Assembly: GCF_009914755.1 (NCBI RefSeq) | Contig: NC_060931.1 | Length of the DNA: 64,000 bases | Source: the human T2T-CHM13v2.0 reference genome, Homo sapiens | Direction: 5' to 3' (one strand) | Shown: positions 14,093 to 28,423 of the stretch, piece by piece | How positions within the stretch are numbered: the first letter of the stretch is position 1 | Layout: each line of letters opens with the position of its first letter | The notes under the pieces: model-generated | Told to the model about the DNA's origin: nothing | Seen by the model: only the letters and a program-made list of their open reading frames with translations | Database searches by the model: none | Position numbers and translations under genes: made by a program

Positions 14093-15000
14093 CTGAAAGA
14101 AAGTGGGAGGAAAAGGAATGGGGTGAGGTATCAGTGTTGGGAGAGAGGAGGAGATGGATGTTGTAAATAGAAAATTATTGGGCTCCTCTAGGAATAATGA
14201 GAAATCACACATTCGGGGTGAATAACGAAAAGTGTTCTAAGTGAAACAAAACCTTCATTTTCATTATTATTCATTTAAAGAATAAAATGATTATTCGGCT
14301 CTCTAAAGTGTTTGGTGGAGAATGGATTCCAGGCTTTCTTCAAATACCATGGAGCTGTGGGCACAGGATTTCTAGATCCTTATATAATCAGCATCACACT
14401 AGCGTGCCCCAGGACCCAAGACTAATCTCAGCCCCTGGTCTCCTGGGGCAACCCACTCTCAGTTGATCCTAGAGGTGAACTAAGGTGAAAATAAAGCAGG
14501 CCTGAAGAGAAAGTCCCAAACAGCAATAGCTGTCACTTCTAGAAGTGAAGATGAGCAAGAGCAGTTTTCATGACATATGAGCCCTTGAGGGTGTTTCTGT
14601 TAAGCAGTCTGAAGGAACCACCTTTCTCTCTAACACTCTTTACCCTTGCAACCATGAGATGACTGCGGCTTTTTAGGTGCCCAAACTGTGGCTCCACTCT
14701 CCACATTTTGGTTCATCCCACTTGGAAATGTTCACTTAGCCCAAACATGGTCTCAGTTCTTAAAAACTGACCAAACATACCAAACCATGCATTGGGAAAG
14801 AGGCTGCAAGGGAAGAGGTGAGAATTAACTGTTAACCTTAGATGTAACAAATGAGGGGAAAATCAGGCATGTAATTTATCGTGATGGTAATTATCATTAG
14901 TATTGCCATAAGTTCTACATATCATTAAATCAAATAGACTTCATAAGTTATCTTCTTATTTTCAGTAAACATTCACACTCATGTTTCATGTGTAAATACC

Positions 15001-15322
15001 TTTTTTTTTTTTTTTTTAATTTAGAGACAGGGTCTTGCTCTGTTGCATAGGCCCCAGGCTGGAGTGTAGTGGCATAATCAGAGCTCACTGTAGCCATGAA
15101 CTCCTGGGCTCAAGCGATCCTCTTGCCTCAGCCTCCCCAGTACCTAGGGCTACAGGTGCAATCCATCATGCCTAGCTAATTTTTAAAATTTCTCTGTGGA
15201 GACAGGGTCTTGCTTTGCGGCCCAGGCTGGTCTTGGATTCCTGGCCTCAAGTAATCCTCCCTCACCCACTTCCCGGCCTTCCAAAGTACTGGGATTACAG
15301 GTGTGAGCCACTGTGCCTAGCC
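15001..15322 (-). mobile_element. AluJ
   Basis: Full dimer; J-type ctcctgggctcaagcgatcctc. Confidence 0.93.
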
Positions 15323-15868
15323 CTCTTAAAGTCTTTAAAATAAAATTTTCAATTGAGCAAGAGATACATGTTTTGAATTAAGACTTATGTGATGGCTGTA
15401 GAATGCCCAAATATTGCTTCAAGCTACCTGAAAAAAATTAGTAATGTCTGTGAAATATCAAATTGAATATTTGAAATTATGTAAAGAAAGCATTTGACTA
15501 ATTCCATTTATTTTTTAGTTGCTTGTTATATATAATATATATGCTACTTTATCACATTTATATCTTACTTAACGTGATAATTTTATTTTAAATAAATTAA
15601 CTTGATTTGGTCTCATTTGGTCAATTAGTTTTCTAGAACATTATTTGCAAACAATCATAGCTCAGTGGCTGATGAGTTTTAATTGTCATTGGTTTGTGAA
15701 TCATTCAAATTCTTTGTTCAATAAAGCAGCTATTTATCACATTGTGTCTTCTTACCATTTCTGCACCACACATTTGTCCAAGACAGATAAGTCATGAATA
15801 TATGATCATTTTACAGATTACAGTGTGGGATAAAGAGAAAAAATTGCATCAAGCACTATACTGCATAC

Positions 15869-16026
15869 CCGTATAACCTTGAAGACAATTGCAGATTACA
15901 TCTGAGCTCCACAGATTCTGATAACAGGAATGGGCAAAATACTGATTGCTTGAGGGATCATCTGGACACAGGCAAGGACGACAGGGCTGTCCTGAAGAAG
16001 GATTTCCATAGTAACCATCAATACAC
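15869..16026 (-). CDS. LAMB4: LAMB4 exon (~21), LE8-LE9: CIDGYYGNPSSGQPC...CNCLQGYT-G
   Basis: acAG|GTGT ... ACGG|GTatg; 158 nt; phase 2 to 1. Confidence 0.95.
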
Positions 16027-16475
16027 CTGTCAAGACAATTTCCTTTCACCAAAATGTTTCCAGGAAAAGATCACATGTTAGCCAATGACGGTTTGCTATG
16101 CTTTAAAACAGTGCACCTCTGAAAACTGAATATTTTAGAAGATGTTCATTTGCTCTGCAAAACGACTTTTGGTTTTTATATCAAAAGTCTCAACGTATGG
16201 TCAATTAAACTCTATGTAATAGCACTCGATTTACATGTCACATTTGAGGAACATAGAAAGTAACATGCCAGGCAAATGTGTGTTATTGATTTAATCCTGC
16301 ATTTTCTGGCTCGTAAGATGATTTTGAAGGGTGAGAAAGCAATGCTCTCCCCGACCTATAACAGTCCTCCCTCCCACACTTAAATATTGTTGAGTCTCTA
16401 CTCAATGGATCTCTATTAGGAGATTGGAACAAAGTGTTAAAGACCTAAAAATTAAAGTGCATATGAATTCCATAC

Positions 16476-16707
16476 CTTTCACAGTTTCTGCCAGTTGTAA
16501 AGCCTCCACAATTGAAGCATGACCCTGTCTCAGGATCACAAAGTTCAGCAAACCTATTACAAGGGCAAGGGTGGCAGCTGGGAAATCCAAAGTAGCCTGC
16601 CAGGCAGCGATCACAGCGGCGGCCAGACACCTCTCCATGGCAGGGGCACTGTCCTGTTACTTGGTCACATACAGTGTCCTTTGATCCTTGAGGATGGCAG
16701 TGACATG
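16476..16707 (-). CDS. LAMB4: LAMB4 exon (~20), LE7-LE8: CHCHPQGSKDTVC...GRNCE-R
   Basis: ccAG|CATGT ... GAAAG|GTatg; 232 nt; phase 1 to 2. Confidence 0.96.
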
Positions 16708-16984
16708 CTGGATGAAGCAAAGAGAAGTATGCTGGAGCGGGGATGAGTGGTGTGTGGTGGTGAAAGAGTTACAGTTCTGGTGTCTCATTTCCTTTCCCAA
16801 TCCCAGTGAACTAAGCAAGCCTGTAACGTGCTTAGGACACAGCATATAATGAGTTCCAGGTAAACGTTAAATAACAATTCACTGAGTCACTGGATAAACA
16901 GTATGTTGCGAACAATTGGGTTTAATTAACGTTTGTTGTTAAAAACAAGTAACATGTTTTTAACGACTTAAACTTCCATATATC

Positions 16985-17100
16985 TTAGGTATATTAATAT
17001 AACCTCTAGTATTAATATTTTAGTATTAATATAGTATATATAAATACTATACTAAAATAATGGTATAGTATTAATATAATCTCTAGATTATAAACCATAT
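16985..17100. repeat. AT-rich low-complexity/tandem repeat (tagtattaata units)
   Basis: Repeated tattaatata(c/t)ctctag and tagtattaatat. Confidence 0.7.
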
Positions 17101-18122
17101 AAGAGCCCATCTTAACATGGTCAGAGTTTTCTTTTTCCTAGACAAGATGGAAGAGGCCCAATCCTTTTCTGATAAATTGTTGAATCCCTTGAGCCAATCT
17201 TCCCTGTGCCAAAATGTGATGCCAGTTTATGTGATAGGGTGGCGCATGGAAGAAATGTTTGTTCCTTTGTCTAGATCCCTCTGTGTATCTCAGGCATTTT
17301 GTAACTTTTCTTAAAAAAAAGAAAAGAAAAGAAAGCAATGATGGATCCAATGATGGGCTGGGTAGGTGGCCATGCCCAAGCAATGCCCAGGAAGGGGAAC
17401 CATTTCTCTGGATTATGATTGAAAAGATATGTTTCCCTACTTGGAAAGGAAATTAACCTACCTGTAGGTTTTCATGGTTCCTAAGGTAGGAATCTGAGGG
17501 AACAGTATTTTCACTAATGATTTACACTGTGAAGAGAGAACTATATACCTGAACATATTAGCCATGAGAGCTGTATTATCAGCTGTGGATGAAGCCCCAT
17601 CTAAACCTTTATCAATGGGTGACTTATAAAATGAGTTACAAGGCTGTTTGCAAACCTCGCATCAGAAAGGGTGATATCCTCATTGGGAGAAGTCTTGTCT
17701 GTGGTGACAGCATTGTCCCTTTCTTGACTCCCCAATCTTATCATTGTTTTAGCCTTTCCAGCCACTGGGTTTGTGAGCTAGATCCTCAAGCTGGCTTTGC
17801 CAGCTCCCTTCATGGTGTTCCACGTTTTAACTGAACTACCAACCATTTGACACAGACTGCAAACTTCCAGAGGCATGGACTATGCCTTGTTCATTACTCT
17901 CGGTTCCTAATGCAGCTCTGCCTACAGTCAGGGCCCATTGATGAATGGATGAATGAAGTGTAGCAAAAAAATGTTCAGTATATTTTATGTACATAGATAG
18001 TCTGAATAATGTAGTCAGGTTTCCAATCTCCTTCCCATTAAAACCCCCCTCCATGACTTTGCCTGCTGTCAAAATGTCAAGACTGTGAGCAAGTGTTTCC
18101 CCTTGTGTGTTTTGCTACGTAC

Positions 18123-18266
18123 GGTGACAGCCGTGATGCCCCAAATCATAGCTTCCAGTTGAGCACCTGTCACAGCAGCGCCCGACCACAAGAGGTTTAC
18201 ACTGGCACTGGCCTCCAAGTCGGCTGCAGCTGGATCCGACTGAGCCCTGGGGGTGACACTTGCAGG
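18123..18266 (-). CDS. LAMB4: LAMB4 exon (~19), LE6: [13 protein letters not shown]...GRCCDRC...HHGCH-P
   Basis: gcAG|CCTGC ... CACC|GTacg; 144 nt; phase 1 to 1. Confidence 0.95.
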
Positions 18267-18369
18267 CTGCAAGGAACAATGGAAGGGAGGTAGAAATGAA
18301 TGAAGAGGCAGAGAAGCACCTCACCTTGTTAGTAGCTATAGTTCACCTCTCTCTCATTTAAGACCTCTT

Positions 18370-18505
18370 TAATACTCAACTCCCTCATCTGTTAAATAGG
18401 AATAATATAGAATCTGCCTTGTGGGATTGTTGTATGGATAAAAGGAAATAAGTTCTGCGAAGTAGTTAGAATAGTGCTGGTACATAGGGTGCTCAATAAA
18501 CATTA
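18370..18505 (+). mobile_element. MIR fragment
   Basis: ctcaactccctcatctgttaaatagg...tggtacatagggtgctcaataaa. Confidence 0.65.
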
Positions 18506-18627
18506 CTTAACAAGTTAACAGACTTAAAATTGGTTTTAAATAATTATTCTAATGTAATTAATACTATTGGCATTCTTAATACTTCAATTCCTGATGTTCT
18601 ACATTGGTGCTGAATTATACCTACTAC

Positions 18628-19134
<507 letters not shown>

Positions 19135-19237
19135 TGACATGGTGGGTACCCTGAACTCATAGCTCTGTCCTAATGGAAAAAGCATTTGCCTAACATTCAG
19201 GAAGCCTCGGCTGTCATTGTAGCTGTCACTCTATAGC

Positions 19238-19445
19238 CATGCTTCTCAACTGAAGGATGATTTTGTCCCTTAGGTGACATTTGACAAAGTTTGGAGACAT
19301 TTTTGGATGTCACAACTAGGGGAGGGCAGTACCGGTATAGGATCTGCAGGGCTGCTGCTAAACACCTGATAGTGCATGGGGCAGGCCCCCGCAGCAAAGA
19401 ATTACCCAGCTCAAAATTTCAGTAGTGCTGAGGGAGAAAAGCCCT
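19238..19445. mobile_element. MER20 hAT MITE
   Basis: ttctcaac...gacatttttggatgtcacaac...gctgctaaacac...caaagaattacccagc. Confidence 0.85.
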
Positions 19446-19814
19446 TCCATAGCTAAATGAAATGGGCAAGTTACATACAGATTTTGGGCCCCAATATGCT
19501 CATTTATTAAATGAATATTTTGGGATGAAAGATGTCTGGAGTTCCTTCCAGCCCTAGAATTCCAAATGAATATTTTAGGATCATTGTTCCAGCCATCTAG
19601 CCTATAAATGCTGCTGCAAAGTTCCTCTTTTATACACTCAATGTACTGTGCATTATGATTCCAACACATCAGCAGACCACTCTGTGTATCTAATCATTGA
19701 GTGATGGGTATTTTGGTTGTTGTTTGGAGTGGATGCTAACATAAATTGATTTGCTCCAAAAAGCATTTGTATGGATGTCAGTGCCTCAGTAGAGCCCATT
19801 AAACAGATACTTAC

Positions 19815-19992
19815 CCACAGCCCCATCATGCAGCTTGGCAGACATGCTGATGATCAGCCTTTCACAGGCACCCGGGAGCACTTGAGGTCCCATTGCTGAG
19901 GCAATTTCAACACAGTTGTGAAGCTGATACTCATCTAAGTCCTGCTTGCTGCAGAAATTCTCCAATGAATTGATTTGGGGAATAAGGCCAAG
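19815..19992 (-). CDS. LAMB4: LAMB4 exon (~18), end of LF: LGLIPQINSLENFC...SAKLHDGAV-A
   Basis: caaaAG|CTTGGC (AAG acceptor) ... GTGG|GTaagt; 178 nt; phase 0 to 1. Confidence 0.93.
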
Positions 19993-20507
19993 CTTTTGAA
20001 AGAATGCAAAAAGACTTAACATTCAAACTATCTGCTGTGTACGATTCTACTTACATATAAAAAAATTAGATCTATGAAAATAATGGTTCAAAGAAGACTC
20101 AACTCAATCCTTTAAACTGGTTAAGACTGAAGACTTTAAAGATTTTCAATTTATTTAAGAAATCTTTAAATATTTATATTTCTGGACTTGTGGCTAAGAA
20201 AAAAAAAGCCTTTATCTTTCTACTATCATATTTTTTACTTGCTAATATGTTTGTCTAGATTTGAAAGAGTAATAACATCAAGTTGGTCATTTTGAACAAC
20301 TCGTGTTAAAAGCAGCAGTGAAAATGGGTTTTAATTCAGCAGGTAAAGTCTGGAGACTAAACCTGTGCAGATACATCTCCTCTAGTCTTCTTTTTGCTTT
20401 ATCTGTCCTGAAACCAGTTTCCATAGCCCTTTACTTCAACCCTCTTCAGTCTTTCCCTAGTTGTCCTTTGACACACCCAGCTGGTGGCATCACAACCCTA
20501 GATGACC

Positions 20508-20942
20508 AGAACTGACGCTTGAACAACACAGGTTTGAACTGCATGGGTCCCTTCTATGTGGATTTTCTTCCGCCTGCACTACTCCAAGACAGCAAGGCCA
20601 AGCCCTCCTCTTCCTCCTCCTCCTCAGCCTACTCAGCGTGAAGATGAAGAGGATGAAGACCTTTGTGATGATCCACTTCCACTTAATGAATATAAACATA
20701 TTTTCTCTTCCTTGTATTTTCTTAATAACATATTCTTTTCTCTAGTTTACTTTATTGTAGGATACAGTATATCCTACATATACAAAATATATATTAATTG
20801 GCTGTATGTTATTGGTAAGGCTTTCAGTCAACAGTGGGTGATTAGTAGTTAAGTTTTTGGGGAGTAAAAAATCATATGTAGGTTTTTGACTGCATGGGGG
20901 TGTTGACACCCCTAACCCCCAAATTGTTCAAAAGTCATCTGT
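20508..20942 (+). mobile_element. Tigger2a-like TcMar element
   Basis: TIR cttgaacaacacaggtttgaactgc ... ttgttcaaaagtcatctgta; internal gaagatgaagaggatgaagaccttt. Confidence 0.85.
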
Positions 20943-21179
20943 ATTTACCAGTGTCTCCTCTTTCTGCTGTACTCTGAGCATATGTCGTTACCTCCTTACT
21001 ACACAGAGGAAACAGACCCCAGCAAAAGGCCTGGAGCTTCCTACTACCTGCCTCCCAAATTCCAGGCTCTCGAGTCTTACCACCCATCCGGAACATTTAG
21101 TGCTCAAGAAGGAAGAGGTATTGGGAGTGGAAGAAGTGTCCCATTGGTAACTCCTCTAACCTTACAAAACTCTTCTGCA

Positions 21180-22040
21180 TATTATGTTTGCTTTCTTCAC
21201 TCTCTTCCTCTCAACTCACATTTAAATGTGCTCAAGTCTCTCCCATCTATAAAATCACCTCCTCAATCGTACATATTCCTCTTGCCACTGCCCCTGTCTC
21301 TGCCCTTTGACTCCTTGATAGGCAAATTTCTTAAAAAAATCATTTCCTTGTCATCACCCCTGCCTCATCTGCCATTCACCCTTCAAGCCAATGCAATACT
21401 TCTCCCCTATCCCATCCCTAAATGTTAGAGTTCCTCAGGGTTCTCTCATCAGCACCCCCCTAACTCCACACCTACTTCCTAGGTGATCTTGGCCACACTG
21501 GGCCACCATCTGAATGGGTGCCAGCATCTGAATTTACATCTCCTGTGCACCTGTCAGTCGTGGGCTCCAGATCTGCACTGATATCTAACGCCTATTAGTT
21601 GCCCCACAGGCACTGCAAAACAAACATGCCTGAACCCCACTTTCCTTTCTGTGCTTACTCTTGGTAGACAATGCCACTATCTGTCAAGCTGCTCAGTGGA
21701 GAAAACTGAAGGAGGTCATCTTTGACACTTGCCTCTTTGCTATCAACACTTTTGCCTAACGCACATCCCACACACATCAAATCACAAGCCTGGCCAATTC
21801 CTCCTCTTAGATGTGTCTAGGGTGCATTTATGGTTCTTTGTTCCCCTGCCACTTCCCTAATTCAGGCCACCTGGATGATTACAGTGGCAGCTGAACAGAT
21901 GGCCCAGCATCCACTCTTGCCACACCCAATTCATTTTCTACACTAAAGTCAGAGTGATCTTTTTAAATGCAGTTTGTCCAGATAATCTCCTTCTTAAAAC
22001 TTTTCAGTGGCTTCCCATTGCCTCAGGATAAAAATCTGAA
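21180..22040 (+). mobile_element. L2 LINE fragments
   Basis: Degenerate L2 motifs gttcctcagggttctctc, gtcatctttgacac, cagagtgatcttttaaaatgc...cagtggcttcccattgcc. Confidence 0.6.
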
Positions 22041-22092
22041 CTTTTTTTTTTTTTTCATTTTGCTATGCTCCTCCTGCTCATCCTCTCAACCC

Positions 22093-22682
22093 CATGGTCC
22101 TCAATATGGGAGGTACTGCCCCTCTAGGGAGCATTTTGGAAATTTGTGGAGGTGGTTTTAGTTGTCACAGCAATAGAGTGATGTTTATTACAGGCATTTA
22201 GAAGGTTGCAGTCAGAAACGTGGGACATTCTCACAAAATGGCCCTTATAGCTTTTGAAAGTTCCATTGGATATTCATGAAGGAGAAAACCCTGTTTATAG
22301 TTTGAGTCGAGAGCCTAACTCTATGTTTTTGAAACATGTTTACAACACACCTGCTTTCATGGCTCTCTCCATGAAAGCAGTGATTCTACCTATGTGAGCC
22401 ATCTTCCTACTTCATTGTGTCTTCTGGTGTATTCATGCCTGTACATGTACGCATTGAAGTCTGATGATTTATTTATCCATACTTTCCTTTTGTTTTTCCT
22501 TTGTATTAATATTAGCATATTACATTGATGTTATTTGGAAGTCATGTATGCAGATAGGCTATAGTGCCTATGAATTTCATTTCAGGATGGTAAGGAATAT
22601 TAGAAAATATTTGTAATAAAAATATTTTTAAAAGTTAAAAAAGGGGGCATGGGATTGGGTCAGATGAGGCTGAGAACCACTG
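22093..22682. mobile_element. MER20B-like hAT element
   Basis: catggtcctcaa...gtactgcccctctagggagcattttggaaatttgtgg ... ggctgagaaccactg. Confidence 0.65.
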
Positions 22683-23121
22683 CGAGAGTCATGCTGAGCT
22701 TTTTGGGTCTGTGCCCTGTCACGGTTCCCAGGACCTCTAACCCCATGCTCTCATTGCTTGCTTCTCTGCATCTCCCCTTTAGAGAATAAGAACCGGGGTG
22801 GCAGGGATAGTACATGTCTTGTTTACACCTATGCCTACCACAGTGTCTAATTTATAGTAGGCGCTTCATAGAAATTTGTTCAGTAAAGAATATTTACAGG
22901 TCTACTACTGTATTCTTAAGTTGATATGAAAATGACTCTGTGCTCTCCAAACACAAACCAAGTGGGGAGAGATGAAAAAGAAAGCCATATGGGCTGGGGT
23001 TGGGGATGAGGGCAGCCAACCAGAGATAATTTACAGCTCTTGGTCTGAGCCATTGATAGTTGGCCATTCTGGGAACTGAGAAGATAGACCAGATGACAAG
23101 AGTTCCTGTCAGCTATAGGAA

Positions 23122-23461
<340 letters not shown>

Positions 23462-23906
23462 CTAAGGACTTTATGTTTACCAAGTATATTCCATTCCATG
23501 GTTTAAAAAGAAGAATGGCAGTTTTATATTCTAGAATGCCTAATATATTTTTTACTCTAAACACAGTTTTATAAATGCACATACCATGTAATCTGGGTAA
23601 CTGAAAACAAATTTCAGTGATCTCACAGTGCTTGCCAAACAAGGCATTTGTGCAGAAGGAGCACCATGGATAAACAAAGGTTTCCTTTGGTCTTCTTGGT
23701 AATGTCCCCTGGTATCAGATGCAAATGTTAATCTGGCTGCAGAAAAGAATAAACTTTGAAAGGGCTGCGTCCCAAGCAGTCAAGTGTCTTATCTTCCCAG
23801 AGCAACAAAATTGGTGGTATGGCATTAATCATATTAGTCTGTAACAATGAAATGTGCAAGGACTTTCTCCTCCTGGACATTTTGGGTCAGAGACCACAGT
23901 GCACAC

Positions 23907-24337
23907 TGTAGTTGCCCGCCCTAGGTTGGCCTTGGCAGGCTGGTGTACTCATCCTGTAGTGGGTGTGGCACTGGCTCCTTAAGGCTCACAGCTGTTCCCT
24001 TCTTCAGAAAACTGCACTCAGCCATCTGGTCCAGGGGTTTATGCACTCACAGTGGGGCGGGTGGTGGTGGTGGTGGTGGTGAACCTGTAGCTGAGCATTT
24101 ATAAGGCACTGCTTTGCATCCAGGGAGGTTCAACTGTGTGGTGCAATCCAGGCTCCAGAGCTCCAGGTGGGATCAGCCTGAGGCCACACTTCAGTGGAGA
24201 CCACATCCTTGCTTGGTTCCTTCCCCTGTCCTCCCCTATTTTCCTCACTCCTCTCCTCTCAGGAACACACCCTCAATAAATCACATCTACCTGAGTCCCT
24301 GTCTCAGCTTTTGCTTTAGGGAATCTGACCTAAAACA
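23907..24337 (+). mobile_element. LTR16-family solo LTR (ERVL), with (GGT)n at 24060-24081
   Basis: TGTAG...CA ends; gtggtgcaatccaggctccagagctcc, ctcaataaatcac, gaatctgacctaaaaca. Confidence 0.75.
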
Positions 24338-24467
24338 GGTCTGGGCCTCTTCCGAGATTTCTGACAGTTACCAATTATGGGTTATTCTCTTAACTTTTAT
24401 TCATACTTCAGGTTTTCCATAGTTATATGTAAGAGAATGATCGACTGAAAACTAATTGAATGCAATA

Positions 24468-24775
24468 TTTTATTTTATTTTATTTATTTTTTTGAGACAG
24501 CGTCTTGCTCTGTCGCCCAGGCTGGATTGCAGTGGTGTGATCTTGTCTCACCGCAACCTCTGCCTCCCAGGTTCAAGTGATTCTTGTGTCTCAGCCTCCT
24601 GAGTAGCTGGGACCACAGGCATGTGCTGCTACACCTGACTAATTTTTGTATTTTCAGTAGAGACGGGGTTTCGCCATGTTGCCTAGTCTGGTCTTGAATA
24701 CCTGGCCTCAAGTGGTCTGCTTGCCTCAGCCTCTTAAAGTGCTGGGATTATGGGTGTGAGTCACCATGCCCGGCC
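24468..24775 (-). mobile_element. AluS
   Basis: Dimer; TSD aatgcaatatttt. Confidence 0.95.
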
Positions 24776-25469
24776 CAAATGCAATATTTTAAAATTAGTT
24801 CCAAATTATTTACTTATTGCATCTATCAAACATCCTTGTAATGATTTTATATACAAGTCTCTCTTCTGTACTAGGCTGAGAATTATTTTTTAATAAGGAA
24901 CCATATTTTACACCCCAGGACCAGCATACTTCCTGGCCCATATATACTCAGTGAATGGGTGATGAGTGGATAATTTGGATGAATGCCTTTAGTACAGCGT
25001 CAAGTGATAATCTTTGGAATTTACAAAGTTTAGAAATATTTAGGATATAGATTGAAAATCAAGAGTATGTTGGCTTTTATAAATTTGGGTTTCCTGATTA
25101 TTATAGTAACAGTAATATCCCTTAGTGATCTGGGACTTCATTAGTTTCTTCCATTCTCTTTAATTTGCTTGGGTTCCCAATTTTTGGCATTTCCCCCCCA
25201 AATTAAACCTATCAGATTTGATTTTCTTCCCTTTGTAACTCATATGTTGGTTAATGAGTACAGTTCTATTTAAAGTTCCTCAGTGGAGAAATGGATTATA
25301 TAGTTAGGGAAATCATGACGGTTTAAAATTCCCAATTAAGAGTTTGTTTCTACTTTCTACTTTATTTCTACTATAATATGGTAGAATCTACCAGGTAGAT
25401 CCTCTCACCTGAACTGTTACAGAGCTCTCTAGGTACAGGATTTATAACACCTTTGATTATGGTTGCCAG

Positions 25470-25600
25470 ATGAAATGTGGCTGTAAAGTCTCTGTGCAAC
25501 TACTCAACTCTGCCTTTTAGCTTGAAAGCAGCCATAGATGATATATAAACAAATGGGACTGGCGGTGGCCCAATAAAACTTCGTTGGGCTATAGTTTGCC
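25470..25600. mobile_element. MER58A-like fragment
   Basis: caactactcaactctgcc...gaaagcagccatag...caataaaact. Confidence 0.65.
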
Positions 25601-25750
25601 AATTAAGTAATGATATTAGAAGATTCTCACAAATATACAAAAATGCAATTTTAACAAAGAAATTTTATTTTTATCCATGAAATTACTTTTTAAAAATCCC
25701 ACACAATTCTATATAATTCTGTTGAAGGTGGGATGAAACTGGTACCTTCA

Positions 25751-26140
<390 letters not shown>

Positions 26141-26179
26141 TTAGGTAAAGTAGGAAAATATTTTAAAATATTTTTAAAA

Positions 26180-26285
26180 ATATGTATCAAATATACATAG
26201 TAGTAATATATATCAAATATATGTATATTTCAAATGTATCAAATATACATATGTATCAAACATGTATCAAATACACATAGTAGTA
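26180..26285. repeat. AT-rich minisatellite (atgtatcaaatatacat-like units)
   Basis: About five imperfect copies of tatcaaa(t/c)a visible. Confidence 0.7.
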
Positions 26286-27050
26286 AAAAATAGAAGCAAC
26301 TTATATGACCAGGAGTAGGGAAAATAGATAAGTAACTTAAGTAAATCTACTCAATGCTCAACTCTGCCAAGGGACAAGCCTGGGTCTGAAGGGCTGCACA
26401 GAGTAAGAAGTTTGGAAGGAATGCCCATTGCCCCACTCTGTGGGGGAAAGATGTTGGAAGAAGTCACTCAGGAAATATTATGCATGGTTTCTGAAGATAA
26501 GAAGACTACATACATACCATAAGAAAATGCTTATGATGAAGTGTGAGGTGAAAAAAATTGGCCTACAACATTGTATAAGCACTCTGATTTCAATGATACA
26601 AAAGTGTAGGATGTATAAAATGGGAACTTGGAAAATGATAATGATTAATGTGGTTGGATTTCTTCCCCACATTTCCTATACCAACAGTGTGCTGTCGTGG
26701 CTCAGGGCAGGGATGTGGAAGCAGGCTGGGTGGCTCTGATTCTGGACTCCTCACTCACTAGCTCTGTGACCCTGTCACAGCGTCACAGACCACTAGCTCT
26801 GTTCCATCATCTGTGAAATCATGAAAGTATACCTACCACACAGGGTTTCTGTGATTAAATAATATGTAAAACACTCCAAACCATTACTGGGACATACTGT
26901 TAAATAAGATTTGCAGATGCTATTAGGTGGCTTTTATAATTGAGCAAATACGTTTACATTTTTAAAGAAATATTTCACTAGTGAGTTTAAAAGTAGTTAT
27001 AACGGTGCTTAGTAGCGAAGAAAGCACCCACAAAACTCTGTGATACTTAC

Positions 27051-27171
27051 AGAGTCCACCAGGACATGTGAATGAGCGTGGGACTCTCCTTGCAAAGGCT
27101 GAGAAAAATAGACATCTATGGAATATTGTACATCTGGTTCTAAACAGATGGGTGTGGGAAGCAGCATGATT
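27051..27171 (-). CDS. LAMB4: LAMB4 exon (~17), LF domain: IMLLPTPICLEPDVQYSIDVYFSQPLQGESHAHSHVLVDS
   Basis: acAG|AATCATG ... TCT|GTaagt; 121 nt; phase 2 to 0. Confidence 0.94.
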
Positions 27172-27519
27172 CTGTATTAAGAAAGATAAAGCAAAAATTC
27201 AGACCACAGAAATACAATTATATTAGCTAAATGGCCATAGTATTTGGTAGCATTGCACTTGTACTGGGCAGTGACCTCCACTGTGGGGCTGAGGCCAGTG
27301 TAGGTCTAGACCAGCACAGGTGGGTTGGTTGGATGGTAAAGTCACATTCAGATCCTCTGTGGCTCTTCCACAGGATTGTGCCAAGTAGCAAAGTCTGAGA
27401 AACTATTGGCTGTGGGTTGTTATGACAGCTCTGGGGAAAGGATGGTACAGAGGTCCTCATCCCGTCTCTCATGCTAACATCAACAGGATCTCAAAAAATC
27501 TCAAAAAAAAAATTTTTGC

Positions 27520-27844
<325 letters not shown>

Positions 27845-28307
27845 TCAGTGGCCTCAAAATTAGCAGTCTTTTACTTCAAAGACTCTCATCTATTGAGAGT
27901 AATCAAGCTGAATGTTTTACTCTTGTTCTGGTTGCATTTTCCTTTCTTACATTTCAAAGCCACCTGGGGACCGGAAAAGGAACATTCAATATTTAGAGTC
28001 AGGATATCCTGGCTAGAATCCTGGTTCTGCTACACATTAGTGATGAGTTTTCAGTAAGTCTTTTAAGTACTCTCCTTCTCAATTTCTTCTTCATCTAACG
28101 AAGACAAAACCTGCCGTACTGAGTTGTTATGAAGATTAAAAGTGATATTAAATGTAAAGCATAGTGCAGCACCCAGTAAGTGCTTAATATATGTTATAGT
28201 TTTCTTCAGACCTCCTCTTTCTCCACTTAGTTCCCAGAAACAAATTACTGATAAGTGAACAAAATTCTAAGAAGCTTTCAATGTTTGAGGACCGGTCTGA
28301 AACATAC

Positions 28308-28423
28308 CTCGTAGCCGCTGGTAAGGCAAAAGACTGAGGCTTTGACTGTAGAGTCTTGGGTATGCAGTGCTCACTCCCTCCAGGGGGGTTCACCACAATC
28401 TGGACAGTCCAGTCAGCTGCAGA
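28308..28423 (-). CDS. LAMB4: LAMB4 exon (~16), LF domain: SAADWTVQIVVNPPGGSEHCIPK...LPAAT-R
   Basis: ctAG|TCTGCA ... ACGAG|GTatg; 116 nt; phase 0 to 2. Confidence 0.93.

Noticed and set aside
20556-21428. 98-aa Pro/acidic ORF and 148-aa Pro/Leu/Ser ORF
   Set aside because: Derived from Tigger2a internal sequence and pyrimidine-rich L2-type DNA.
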